Shown piece after piece: positions 9,822 to 19,093 of a stretch of DNA of 48,059 nucleotides (positions are counted from its first letter, which is position 1; each line of letters starts with the position of its first letter). The stretch is from a virus (Duplodnaviria > Caudoviricetes). Below the pieces are notes generated by a model. The model was not told the DNA's origin. It saw only the letters and a list, made by a program, of their open reading frames with translations, and did not search any database. The stretch covers positions 1-48,059 of the IMG/VR virus record IMGVR_UViG_3300026270_000009; one strand, 5' to 3'. Position numbers and translations under genes: made by a program.

Positions 9822-10318
9822 TGAACAGACATCCACTTGTATTAGTTAACGGCATCGTCCAAGAGATGCCGGCCAATGATCGCGTAATTAACGGCGGTAA
9901 TATCCCTCGCCAGGGAACAGCACCAGCACCAGCGGTCGACGGCGACCAATGGTATGACACGTCCAATAACGCCCTGATGCTTTATTCGGGCAGCAATTGG
10001 ATATCTGTTGGAGGAGCCTCAGGCGGCGGGTCAGTTGTCGTATCCCCTACTGCCCCGACGACACCTTCAGATGGCTCGCTTTGGTATGACACTGCCGAAG
10101 GTTTCTTGAAGGTCTACCTGGCTGCAACTGTTGAATGGGTGCCATGTCAGATGGCATTTTTCATCCAAGACACTGCACCGACTACAGGATTTAACCAAGG
10201 AGATATTTGGTATTCGCCATTGCTAAACGTGTTTAGCATGTATGTAGCAGGCTCAACAAATAGTTGGGTCCCAATGGGCTCTCAGCTCTCTGTAACTGAT
10301 ATTCTCGCTTTCGGTTGA
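9821..10318 (+). CDS. Tail fibre-type repeat protein
   Basis: Three repeats of TAPxxxxxGxxWY(D/S)x...Y...W. Confidence 0.7.
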   Translation: MNRHPLVLVNGIVQEMPANDRVINGGNIPRQGTAPAPAVDGDQWYDTSNNALMLYSGSNWISVGGASGGGSVVVSPTAPTTPSDGSLWYDTAEGFLKVYLAATVEWVPCQMAFFIQDTAPTTGFNQGDIWYSPLLNVFSMYVAGSTNSWVPMGSQLSVTDILAFG

Positions 10319-10665
10319 TGGCAACATTCAAAAGATATCAGGCTTCTGTTGGGAGTCCAGCATCAGCACCTTCTGCGGAAACTGTTTACACAGTCCCCAG
10401 CAGCAAGACGTCAATCGTGACCGGACTGACAGTTGCCAACGTCTCGGACTTTGATCTACCACTAGACGTCTTCGTCACCGTTGGCAGCACCGATTACTAC
10501 TTGGCAAAAGGCCTGCGAATTGGTCCGGGTCAGCAAAAACGTCTGACTGGGATGGAAAAGATGTGCCTAGGCGCTGATGACATCCTCAAAGCGGATGCAC
10601 CGACAGTGGACGGTGGTTCGACAGATACCTTCGTGGTCTGGCTCTCTGTTTACGAAGACGTCTAA
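10318..10665 (+). CDS. Small putative structural protein (jelly-roll-like)
   Basis: TVYTVPS.KTSIV.GLTVANV pattern; coupled to neighbours. Confidence 0.65.
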   Translation: MATFKRYQASVGSPASAPSAETVYTVPSSKTSIVTGLTVANVSDFDLPLDVFVTVGSTDYYLAKGLRIGPGQQKRLTGMEKMCLGADDILKADAPTVDGGSTDTFVVWLSVYEDV

Positions 10666-10931
10666 TGGCAATCCAATTAATCAAAGAGGTTTTAACGCCT
10701 CAGGTTGAAGAGTTCTCACCGCCGGTCGGGAAGAACGCTTATAGCTTCAGCTTGAATGTGTCTACAGGTCATCTCGATGTTGTCAGAAACCCTGGCGGCA
10801 ACGAAGTTAAGATCCCCGACCTTTCTATAATCAGAATTGACGACTACCAGGAAACTGTGTGGTCAGACAAGTTGTTGAATTTCAGCTGGTCATCAGCTAC
10901 ACCCGGACACCTGATCTGTGAGATCGTATGA
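10665..10931 (+). CDS. Hypothetical fibre-associated protein
   Basis: Coupled on both sides; ends GHLICEIV. Confidence 0.6.
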   Translation: MAIQLIKEVLTPQVEEFSPPVGKNAYSFSLNVSTGHLDVVRNPGGNEVKIPDLSIIRIDDYQETVWSDKLLNFSWSSATPGHLICEIV

Positions 10932-11650
10932 GCACAATTATTGATCTCGGCAAACTGAGATTCCAGTTCCGGGATGCATACGTCAATACCACACAGTACG
11001 AATACAACGACGTCGTTATCTATGGCGGCGATGTATTCGTCTATATCAACGTAACCTCAGGGACGGGCAACATCCCGACCAATACGACCTACTGGTCGAA
11101 AATGGTCAGCGGCCTGAACTCGACTGGTGCATGGAGTTCGGCGACGACTTACCAGAACAACGACCTGGTAACCCACGGCGGTTCTCTGTATCGAGCCACT
11201 GCACCCAGCACGAATGAAGAGCCACCCAACACTTCTTACTGGGCAGTTGTTGCTGGCGGCCTGACGTTTAGAGGTGACTGGGCTACTGCGACGGTTTACC
11301 TGAAGGACGACCATGTCGTTCACCAGGGATCTGCATTCCGTGCGCTTTCCAAGCACACGTCAGCAGGAACATTCCTGGCTGATCTAAGTGGCGGCAAATG
11401 GGAGCGTTACGCGCAAGGCACCCAGAACCGCAGCGCCTATGCGACATCGACTGATTACTTTAAGGGCGACCTCGTTCAGACCGGAACTGCTCCAAACCTG
11501 GATCATTTCATCTGCACGGCAGACCACACTTCAGACGCCTCCGCAGACCCTGGCACTTCACCTGAAAGCACAAACTGGACCCGACTTATTGCTGGCACGT
11601 ACACAAGCAGCAATCAAGATCGGCAATACGCTTTCTTCGTTGGTTACTGA
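10928..11650 (+). CDS. Fibre protein with carbohydrate-binding-like (CBM5/12-like) repeats
   Basis: IDLGKLRF start and four W/Y-xxxTxY-xx-DxV-xx-G repeats. Confidence 0.7.
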   Translation: MSTIIDLGKLRFQFRDAYVNTTQYEYNDVVIYGGDVFVYINVTSGTGNIPTNTTYWSKMVSGLNSTGAWSSATTYQNNDLVTHGGSLYRATAPSTNEEPPNTSYWAVVAGGLTFRGDWATATVYLKDDHVVHQGSAFRALSKHTSAGTFLADLSGGKWERYAQGTQNRSAYATSTDYFKGDLVQTGTAPNLDHFICTADHTSDASADPGTSPESTNWTRLIAGTYTSSNQDRQYAFFVGY

Positions 11651-11808
11651 TGTTTAGAAGAGCCGCTGCTTTGAAGGCAAGGCAGCGGAAAGCTTTAACA
11701 GCCAAAGCGAAACGAAGGAATCCTGTTAATAGGTCAAGTTCGCAGCAACGTATCAACTCTCGGCAAGATCTACGCGCTCATGTAGAGCGTGAAAACGAAG
11801 GCACCTAA
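11650..11808 (+). CDS. Small Arg/Lys-rich protein (52 aa, not in ORF track)
   Basis: TGATG coupling; MFRRAAALKARQRKALTAKAKRRNP...; fills the gap. Confidence 0.5.
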   Translation: MFRRAAALKARQRKALTAKAKRRNPVNRSSSQQRINSRQDLRAHVERENEGT

Positions 11809-11867
11809 TTTCACTTTATACTTAATACAAGTGGCAGGCACGCTGCCCGACTGATCGCTAATTAGGT

Positions 11868-12203
11868 ATGGCTTCGGGTATCAAGGGGAGTTCAAAACCT
11901 TCCGGGGGAACTCCAACTTACGCAACTACTGCGTTATTTACGGCAACAGCTACGACAACGCTGATTCTGTCGGTCTGCAATCAATCTGCAGCAGCAGATA
12001 CCGTAAAGATTGCCGTGATTCCCGCTTCGGAGTCAGCTTCTAGCGGTGCGATTGGAGCACAGCATTACATCGAGTTCGACTTCTCTCTAGGCGCGAACAC
12101 TGCCTACGAGCGAACCGGAATCACGATGGAATCTGGCGCAAGGCTGATCGTTGGATCAGGCGCTGGATCTCTTTCATTCGTGGCCTACGGCCTGGAGTCC
12201 TGA
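11868..12203 (+). CDS. Small putative structural protein (jelly-roll-like)
   Basis: LSVCNQ...YIEFD..L.AN..YERTGIT pattern. Confidence 0.65.
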   Translation: MASGIKGSSKPSGGTPTYATTALFTATATTTLILSVCNQSAAADTVKIAVIPASESASSGAIGAQHYIEFDFSLGANTAYERTGITMESGARLIVGSGAGSLSFVAYGLES

Positions 12204-12206
12204 TAA

Positions 12207-12638
12207 ATGGCAAAGTACGGACGCGTCACAAAAGAAAAGCTGGTCCTCGAAGTTTGCGAGCTCGACCCAGCGAAATGCTTTCACCCTGATATCGCCAAAG
12301 AATTTGTCTCTGTTCCTGACGACGCAGAGGCTGGCGACACTATCAAAAGCGGCAAAGCCGTCAAGCCTGAAGAGCCCAAGGAGGCGCCTAAGCCTCCGGC
12401 TGAAGACAAGTTGCTGGTTAAGCAGCAGTTTGACGCATGCCTAACTCGGGCACAGCGCATTGCCCTGAAAAAGCTCGGAGAATCTGACGATGAAGTGAAA
12501 GATCTTCTTGAACAGATGACGACGAGCAACCACATCAATATTGATGATCAAGAGAACAAGGATCTTCTTGCTCGTTTAGTCACTGACAAAGTGATCGACC
12601 AAGCTGCTCTTGACAAAGTCAACGCACACAAGAGCTAA
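12207..12638 (+). CDS. Putative tail fibre assembly/adhesin chaperone
   Basis: DPAKCFHPDIAKEFVSVPDDAEAGD motif resembles fibre-assembly proteins; directly precedes adhesins. Confidence 0.55.
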   Translation: MAKYGRVTKEKLVLEVCELDPAKCFHPDIAKEFVSVPDDAEAGDTIKSGKAVKPEEPKEAPKPPAEDKLLVKQQFDACLTRAQRIALKKLGESDDEVKDLLEQMTTSNHINIDDQENKDLLARLVTDKVIDQAALDKVNAHKS

Positions 12639-12641
12639 AAG

Positions 12642-13790
12642 ATGGGACGTCGTTTTCCAGGAACAGGCGGCGGAGGTGGCGGCGGCGGCGCCGGTGGCGG
12701 CGGTGGGGACTTAGGTGAATTCAACCAAGTCAGAATGTATAAGTGCTACGGCACTTACTACTGGTTCAAGCCGGCGAACCTAAAAGCAGGTAGTCGTATT
12801 CGCGTTTACGTCTGGGGCGGAGGCGGGAACGGCAACGACCACAACACTTCTATCGGAAGGGGCGGTGGCGGTGGCGGCTTGGCCATCAAATACATCGATG
12901 AGTCCGCATTGGGCTCAACAGAGACGATCACTGTTGGCTATGGCAGTCAGTCAATGACTGCTACTGGCCAAACATCGAGCTTTGGTAGCCATTGCTCAGC
13001 GACCGGCGGTAACTCTGGACGTAACAACGCCTCCAACCAAGGAGCAAGTGACTACGGCATTGGTGGATTAGGTATTGGCGGAGATATCAACAAACGAGGT
13101 GGACAAGGTGGCTTAGGCTATAACGGTGGCACTAGCAACGCCGGCGGAGGCGGTGGCGGATCAGCGCCATCCCCTAGCGGACTGAAAGATGGCCATCGAG
13201 GTGGCCACGGAATCTCGACACGCTCAGGCGGAGGCGGAGGCGGTATCGGAGGCCACGGAGGGGATAGCACTTCTTATATGGGAGGAGGCGGAGGTGGTTC
13301 GGCAACGCCTGCAGCTAACATCGGTGAAGAATACAGAGCTAACGGCCTCGGCGGATCTGGAATTCTTGGAGCGGGCGGTAGCGGCGGAACTGTGTCCTAC
13401 ACCTACGCCAGCTACGGCGGCTCAGGTGCCGGTCAGGGCACTTCAGGAGAAGGTGGTGCGATCATTACGCCGAATCAAATTATTTTCGGCGGCGGCGGCG
13501 GTGGCGGCGGGTTCGCTTATACCCAATCCACTTATCAAACAATAGTCAACGGAACTAGCGGCGGTCCAGGCGCTGGTGGCGGCGGGATAGGTGAACATCA
13601 AGGTACAGCTATTTATGCCCAGGCCGGTCAGGGAGGAATACTTGGCGGAGGCGGAGGTGGTGCTCAATACATGTACGCAGGCCACGGCGGCAATGCTGGC
13701 GGCGGAGGAGGTTGTGGCTATGGCAGCGGAACTTATACCGGAAATGGCGGTGACGGCTTAGTGATTATTCAGTATCGAATCGAGTTGTAA
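12642..13790 (+). CDS. Glycine-rich receptor-binding adhesin, type A copy 1
   Basis: Alternating Gly-rich motifs and Tyr/Ser/Asn/Thr-rich loops; VWGGGG, SSFG.HCSATGG, GLVIIQY. Confidence 0.8.
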   Translation: MGRRFPGTGGGGGGGGAGGGGGDLGEFNQVRMYKCYGTYYWFKPANLKAGSRIRVYVWGGGGNGNDHNTSIGRGGGGGGLAIKYIDESALGSTETITVGYGSQSMTATGQTSSFGSHCSATGGNSGRNNASNQGASDYGIGGLGIGGDINKRGGQGGLGYNGGTSNAGGGGGGSAPSPSGLKDGHRGGHGISTRSGGGGGGIGGHGGDSTSYMGGGGGGSATPAANIGEEYRANGLGGSGILGAGGSGGTVSYTYASYGGSGAGQGTSGEGGAIITPNQIIFGGGGGGGGFAYTQSTYQTIVNGTSGGPGAGGGGIGEHQGTAIYAQAGQGGILGGGGGGAQYMYAGHGGNAGGGGGCGYGSGTYTGNGGDGLVIIQYRIEL

Positions 13791-13794
13791 AACG

Positions 13795-14907
13795 ATGGCC
13801 AATTTTCACTCCTATCTCTACAACGTCGTAGACGTTTACGACTGTTACGGCTCTTTTACATGGACGAAGCCAAGCGATATTGATGAAGACAAACCAATCC
13901 TGGTTCATGTCTGGGGTGCTGGAGGAAGCGGAAGCGACGCCTATAACGGCGGCTCCTCCAGCCAGGCGGCGAGTGGTGGTGGCGGTGGTGGCTTAGCCGT
14001 CAAGCTTATTGACGTGTCTTCGCTTGGCTCGACTGAGACAGTAACTGTCGGCGATACCGCAAATGCTGCAGCCCAGGCTGGGACATCCAGCTTTGGGGCT
14101 CATTGTTCCGCAAGTGGTGGAAATGGCGGTAGGAACTCTACTACCAACCAAGGAATAAGCGCATACCAGGTTGGTGGAATGGGTGTTGGCGGAGATGTCA
14201 ATAGAAGAGGCGGAACGGGTGGTACTGGGTATTACGCAAGCACCTCAAATTGCGGAGGCGGAGGTGGAGGATCTGCTCCTGCTCCCTATGGACACCACAA
14301 TGGATACCAGGGTGGAGATGCCTCTTCATACGGAGGTGGCGGTGGTGCTGGAATTGGAGGCAGAGGAAATAATGGAGTTTACGTTGGCGGTGAAGGCGGC
14401 TCTTCAATGGGGATTAGCGCTGAATCCCAAAGTCGGTCCAGTTATTACGCCTGCTCACCAGGCGCATCTGGATTATTCGGAGCAGGAGCTTCGGCTTCTG
14501 TGAGGAGACTCCTTTACACGACTTATGGAGGCACTACCGCCAGGAATGGAGAACCTGCTCAAGGAACAATGATCCTTACTCCTAATGCGATTCACCTCGG
14601 AGGAGGTGCTGGTAGCAGTGGATGCACGGGAGCCATAAGCAGCGGTTATGCAACAGGTCAGTGCAACAGTGCCGGACCAGGAGCAGGAGGTGGTGGTGTT
14701 GGCTCTATGAGCACTAATACATTCATGAATCCAGGGAATGGTGGGTGGCTTGGTGGCGGAGGCGGAGGAAGTTCTTATGCGGGGGCAGGATTTGGAGGAA
14801 ACGCCGGAGGTGGCGGGGGCAATGGTTACTACTCCACACAATCCACAGAACCACAGAACGGCGGAGAAGGGTTAATTATCATCCAATACGCCAGGAAGTT
14901 TGACTAA
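13795..14907 (+). CDS. Glycine-rich receptor-binding adhesin, type B copy 1
   Basis: Same scaffold; N-terminus MANFHSYLYN. Confidence 0.8.
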   Translation: MANFHSYLYNVVDVYDCYGSFTWTKPSDIDEDKPILVHVWGAGGSGSDAYNGGSSSQAASGGGGGGLAVKLIDVSSLGSTETVTVGDTANAAAQAGTSSFGAHCSASGGNGGRNSTTNQGISAYQVGGMGVGGDVNRRGGTGGTGYYASTSNCGGGGGGSAPAPYGHHNGYQGGDASSYGGGGGAGIGGRGNNGVYVGGEGGSSMGISAESQSRSSYYACSPGASGLFGAGASASVRRLLYTTYGGTTARNGEPAQGTMILTPNAIHLGGGAGSSGCTGAISSGYATGQCNSAGPGAGGGGVGSMSTNTFMNPGNGGWLGGGGGGSSYAGAGFGGNAGGGGGNGYYSTQSTEPQNGGEGLIIIQYARKFD

Positions 14908-14973
14908 AAAGTTTAATTACCGCAGCTAGTAGACTAAAAACAGTCAGTGCCCAAGCGTACCTTTAGATAAATC

Positions 14974-16125
14974 ATGGGTAGAAGATTTCCAGGAACAGGC
15001 GGCGGCGGCGGAGGTGGCGGCGGCGGCGGCGGCGGTCTCCCCGGCGAATTCAATCAATTTGAGTTATTTAGCCACGCAGGTAGTTATACCTGGGAGAAGC
15101 CGGCAGGGCTTGTCGAAGGTAGCCGCATTCTTGTTCATTGCTGGGGCGCAGGCGGGGCCGGTGCTTACGGTGGATATGCTGGAACTGGCGATGACACCTA
15201 TGGCGGCGGCGGCGGCGGACTAGCCGTTAAATACATCGACGAAAGCGCTCTGGGTTCAACAGAGTCACTGACGATTGGTACGGGGTCAGAGACTTACAGC
15301 AGCGTGGGCGGAACATCGAGCTTTGGTAGCCATTGCTCAGCGACCGGCGGCAACTGTGGCGGCAATTCTTCCTCTAACCAAGGGGTAAGTGGTAAGGGTA
15401 TTGGTGGCTTAGGCATTGGTGGAGATATCAACAAACGAGGTGGACAAGGTGGTGCAGGGTATTACTCCACCACTTCCAACCTTGGCGGTGGTGGAGGTGG
15501 ATCTGCCCCAGCACCTTACGGAGACAGAGCTGGTTTTACGGGCGGAAGCGCTAGCACATACGGATGCGGCGGAGGCGCCGGCATCGGAGGCAACGGTGGA
15601 TACGGCTCTTACACAGGAGGCGGCGGAGGCGGCAGTGCAGGCGCTGGAAAGGACTCCAATAACACCAGTTATTACAGTTGCGGAAACGGTGGAGCAGGAA
15701 TCCTCGGCGCAGGCGGAACTGGTGGAGCTGCTTACTACGGCTACGTCACCTATGGCGGCGGTAATGGAACAGCAGCAACGCATGGCAAGGGCGGAGTCAT
15801 CCTGAACCCAAACGAAATTGTTTTTGGAGGAGGAGGAGGAGGAGGAGGTACCTGTCTTCTTATTAGCTCTGGGCATGTCACCATTCCTGGAGCCCCTGGT
15901 GGCCCTGGCGGTGGCGGCGGTGGCGTTGGCGCTTACTCGTCGTCGTACAGCTACTACATCTGTGCAGGCGGAGGAGGAATACTTGGCGGCGGAGGAGGTG
16001 GTGCTCACTACCAGTCAGGCGGCCATGGCGGCAACGCCGGTGGTGGTGGTGGCGCAGGACACTCCGATTCCTATATCGGTCACGGTGGTCACGGGCTGAT
16101 TATCATCCAGTACAGAGTGGCTTAA
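14974..16125 (+). CDS. Glycine-rich receptor-binding adhesin, type A copy 2
   Basis: N-terminus MGRRFPGTG(n) shared with copy 1. Confidence 0.8.
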   Translation: MGRRFPGTGGGGGGGGGGGGGLPGEFNQFELFSHAGSYTWEKPAGLVEGSRILVHCWGAGGAGAYGGYAGTGDDTYGGGGGGLAVKYIDESALGSTESLTIGTGSETYSSVGGTSSFGSHCSATGGNCGGNSSSNQGVSGKGIGGLGIGGDINKRGGQGGAGYYSTTSNLGGGGGGSAPAPYGDRAGFTGGSASTYGCGGGAGIGGNGGYGSYTGGGGGGSAGAGKDSNNTSYYSCGNGGAGILGAGGTGGAAYYGYVTYGGGNGTAATHGKGGVILNPNEIVFGGGGGGGGTCLLISSGHVTIPGAPGGPGGGGGGVGAYSSSYSYYICAGGGGILGGGGGGAHYQSGGHGGNAGGGGGAGHSDSYIGHGGHGLIIIQYRVA

Positions 16126-17229
16126 ATGGCAAACTTCAAAAGCTATTTTTACAACGAATACAGAATTTATAAGTGCTACGGCTCTTTTACATGGACGAAA
16201 CCAAGCGATATTGATGAAGACAAACCAATCCTGGTTCATGTCTGGGGTGCTGGTGGTGGTGGCGCTGATTACAACCTCACCAACCAAAGTTCCGGCGGCG
16301 GCGGTGGTGGATTAGCTGTCAAACTTATTGACGTGTCTTCACTTGGCTCGACCGAGACGGTAACTGTCGGGCAGGCAGACACAGGGAGTGGCGTTGGTGG
16401 TACTTCTAGTTTTGGTTCACATTGTTCGGCTTCAGGAGGAAATGGCGGCGGAAACTCAGCCGCTAATAATGGAGCTTCTGGTTATGGCGTTGGTGGCATA
16501 GGAATTGGCGGGGATAGCAATAAAAGAGGCGGAACTGGTGGATCTGGTTTCTACTCAGATAGCAACAACAATGGCGGCGGCGGTGGCGGTTCAGCCCCAG
16601 CTCCTTATGGAGTACAAAATGGATATAACGGCGGTAGCGGCTCTACCTATGCAGGCGGCGGCGGTGGTGGCATAGGAGGCCAAGGCACGCAAGGGAACTA
16701 TGTGGGCGGAGCTGGCGGCTCGTCTATGGGCATAGCAGCGAAGTCCGAGAGCCCATCGAGCTACTACGCCAATCAGCCAGGTGCTTCTGGACTGTTTGGA
16801 GCAGGATCCAATGCAAGCAGTAATCAGATGAATTACACGACATATTCAGGTACATCCTCAGAAGCTCACCAATCTGCGGAAGGTGAGCCAATTATTGATG
16901 CCAATAACATTTACTTTGGAGGCGGCTCCGGCACTGGTGGCTGTTTCTATGTTCAAAGTACTTATCACGTAGAAGGTAAAACTACTTGCGGTGCGCCAGG
17001 TGCTGGCGGAGGCGGAGCAGGAAAAAGTTCTACTTATAACTACATCCAAGACGGAGGAAATGGTGGCACGCTTGGCGGAGGCGGAGGCTCGTCCGCATAC
17101 TCTTCAGGCGGCAATGGCGGCAATGCTGGCGGTGGTGGTGGTTCTTACGTCAAGATATACCACACTAATCTTAGTGCTAAGGGAGGCGAAGGCTTAGTCA
17201 TTGTTCAATATGCGAGGAAGTTCTCGTGA
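16126..17229 (+). CDS. Glycine-rich receptor-binding adhesin, type B copy 2
   Basis: N-terminus MANFKSYFYN; 77-bp near-identity to B1. Confidence 0.8.
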   Translation: MANFKSYFYNEYRIYKCYGSFTWTKPSDIDEDKPILVHVWGAGGGGADYNLTNQSSGGGGGGLAVKLIDVSSLGSTETVTVGQADTGSGVGGTSSFGSHCSASGGNGGGNSAANNGASGYGVGGIGIGGDSNKRGGTGGSGFYSDSNNNGGGGGGSAPAPYGVQNGYNGGSGSTYAGGGGGGIGGQGTQGNYVGGAGGSSMGIAAKSESPSSYYANQPGASGLFGAGSNASSNQMNYTTYSGTSSEAHQSAEGEPIIDANNIYFGGGSGTGGCFYVQSTYHVEGKTTCGAPGAGGGGAGKSSTYNYIQDGGNGGTLGGGGGSSAYSSGGNGGNAGGGGGSYVKIYHTNLSAKGGEGLVIVQYARKFS

Positions 17230-17513
17230 AGAAAGCTAATACCATCATGGATTTGGCATTCAAGGTTGTAGTCGCTGGCAACCTTATGTTTGTCAATTAC
17301 ACGTTCTTTACGGCATACAGCAAACTGAAAGGAGCGCTCAATCTGTTCCAGAGCGACATGGCTTTGCAGATGGAGCAAAGACTCACTGAAGAGTACGAAT
17401 ACATAACCAAAGACTTAAGCAAAATGCAGGAAGACCTGCTGGAATCGCAGAAGGCTTTGATACCAAGCCCAGCAAAGGTGCAAACAGGACCGGGCTTGCC
17501 ACTGCCCTTCTGA
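17226..17513 (+). CDS. Small membrane-anchored protein
   Basis: Hydrophobic N-terminal segment, coiled coil, Pro-rich TGPGLPLPF end. Confidence 0.65.
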   Translation: MKKANTIMDLAFKVVVAGNLMFVNYTFFTAYSKLKGALNLFQSDMALQMEQRLTEEYEYITKDLSKMQEDLLESQKALIPSPAKVQTGPGLPLPF

Positions 17514-17514
17514 G

Positions 17515-18267
17515 TTGTCTATTCCAGATATAGGAATAGATGCGAACTCTATTCCAAATATTGGAATCAATGTTCAACCACCACGGCAAAACTTATTAGC
17601 GCCAAACTTACCTCATGGCGTGAGCATGCAGTTGCCAATAGTCAACATGCCAGGTTGCGTTGAAGCACACGTTGACTCTGAGCTGCAAACTGGTTTAACG
17701 ACAAGCGATCCAGACCGAGTAGCGATTTACTGCGACTCTGGGATGCCATCTTTTAATGCAATGTCGTATGAGCCGAATAAGTTAACACCAGTACGTGAGG
17801 GCAATCTGCCAAAGATTGGTAATACAGATACTGAAACTCAAGAGTCGTCAGAAACACCTGCTCTGCCAATTCCAACCCAGCCAATTCAAACGGCAAGCAC
17901 CGCGAAACGCAAAGCCTCCTCAAAGCCACAATGCGAAGACGGCGAATTATTGCGCGATGGAAAATGTATCGAGATCGTTGAGCCAGAAACTCCAGTCATT
18001 GCTCAGGTGGCCGAAAAGTATTTGCCACCACTGGAAGCGGTCACGACCACAGCGACTATCGCAACCGTCGCCACGGTGTCAGCACTATTAGCTAAGCCTG
18101 TAGCTGACTTCTTGCTCAAGTTGATCAAGCCCTTGATCAAAAAGATCATCGGCAAGATCAAGAAAGCTATGGGGGCGAAAGTGCAAATCCGCTCAGTCCG
18201 CCAACGTCGCCTATCTCAGCGTTCGAAGAATCAAGTGATTCGTCAAGCCCGAGATCTGATGGGGTGA
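17515..18267 (+). CDS. Pro/Cys-containing protein with C-terminal membrane anchor
   Basis: PIVNMPGCVEAH, two Cys pairs, hydrophobic TTTATIATVATVSALLA then basic amphipathic helix. Confidence 0.75.
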   Translation: MSIPDIGIDANSIPNIGINVQPPRQNLLAPNLPHGVSMQLPIVNMPGCVEAHVDSELQTGLTTSDPDRVAIYCDSGMPSFNAMSYEPNKLTPVREGNLPKIGNTDTETQESSETPALPIPTQPIQTASTAKRKASSKPQCEDGELLRDGKCIEIVEPETPVIAQVAEKYLPPLEAVTTTATIATVATVSALLAKPVADFLLKLIKPLIKKIIGKIKKAMGAKVQIRSVRQRRLSQRSKNQVIRQARDLMG

Positions 18268-19093
18268 TCTCAACCTCGTGGACATGCGGTGCCATCTGCA
18301 CCTTCTTTGGTTCAACGACTACGTCTGAGCAAACGTGATACAAAGGACTGGTCGAGGCGAAGCGAATGCCTTGCTGAGCAAGCTCCCCGCAGTGGCGAAG
18401 TTTTGCAATGGCAAAATCCAATCGCTTGTTCTCCAATATCTGCTGCTGAATGCGAGTCTGAGTGGACATCGCAGATTTACAGCGTTCTTGAATTCCCCCG
18501 TCGAGGGGGATGCTTACAGTCGCACTGAAGCCAAGACTCCAGTTGAAGGAACTCTTCTGACCTGTCCTGACTGGCTTGCTGTAGGCGATCGAGCCCCAGC
18601 CATTATCAGGCACTCCATCTGGGATTGGGTTTCCTTCATCATCGAAGGCTCCCTCTAAATCCTTGGTGTCGTAGACCGGCTCGTAATAGATGTCTTCGTA
18701 TGGCTTCTGATACGAGAATGCGTTAGTGACGAATGGGGTGAGATTTAGTGTGGGACCCATGCAGGTAATTCCATTACCTACTGATGACTGGATGTAAGGC
18801 CCTTGCAATACCTGAATGGCCTGGTTTTGCACCGAGGAAGATGACTGGGCGATTGGGTTAGCTGTTGCGCTGACGCCGCCGACGGAATCAGCAAAACTTG
18901 GCGAACCGAATAAAAGCGCAATCAGCGCTGGAAAATACTTGTAGTGTCGGTGACGCTTTTGGTTGTTACCTTCCTGTCGATTGAAGTTATGTTTGAAACT
19001 CCAGGTCCGCTGTAACTTTCGACAAACTGGAAGCTTCCGCCTGGTGTCGTCACTTTCCAGCTTGGTTTGCTGGACATGTCGAGTTGATTCCAT
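18167..19093 (-). CDS. Secreted/outer-membrane protein with TolC-like beta-hairpin plus helix; true start uncertain (signal peptide near 18950)
   Basis: KYFPALIALLFGSPSFA|D signal; PTLNL...SLGFSATVSIPLDGG-helix; four Cys in mature part. Confidence 0.7.
   Translation of the reverse strand: MESTRHVQQTKLESDDTRRKLPVCRKLQRTWSFKHNFNRQEGNNQKRHRHYKYFPALIALLFGSPSFADSVGGVSATANPIAQSSSSVQNQAIQVLQGPYIQSSVGNGITCMGPTLNLTPFVTNAFSYQKPYEDIYYEPVYDTKDLEGAFDDEGNPIPDGVPDNGWGSIAYSKPVRTGQKSSFNWSLGFSATVSIPLDGGIQERCKSAMSTQTRIQQQILENKRLDFAIAKLRHCGELAQQGIRFASTSPLYHVCSDVVVEPKKVQMAPHVHEVEITPSDLGLDESLDSSNAEIGDVGGLSGFALSPP

Larger units (their letters stand above)
12642..17229 (+). repeat. Tandem duplication of two-gene A-B adhesin cassette
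   Basis: Identical 39 bp at 12971-13009/15312-15350; 76 of 77 bp at 13846-13922/16177-16253. Confidence 0.85.

Noticed and set aside
12667-15035. GGC tracts as phase-variation switches
   Set aside because: Trinucleotide units keep the frame; they only alter Gly linker length
12642-17229. Diversity-generating retroelement acting on the adhesins
   Set aside because: No reverse transcriptase or noncoding template in the window; differences between copies include indels and synonymous non-adenine changes
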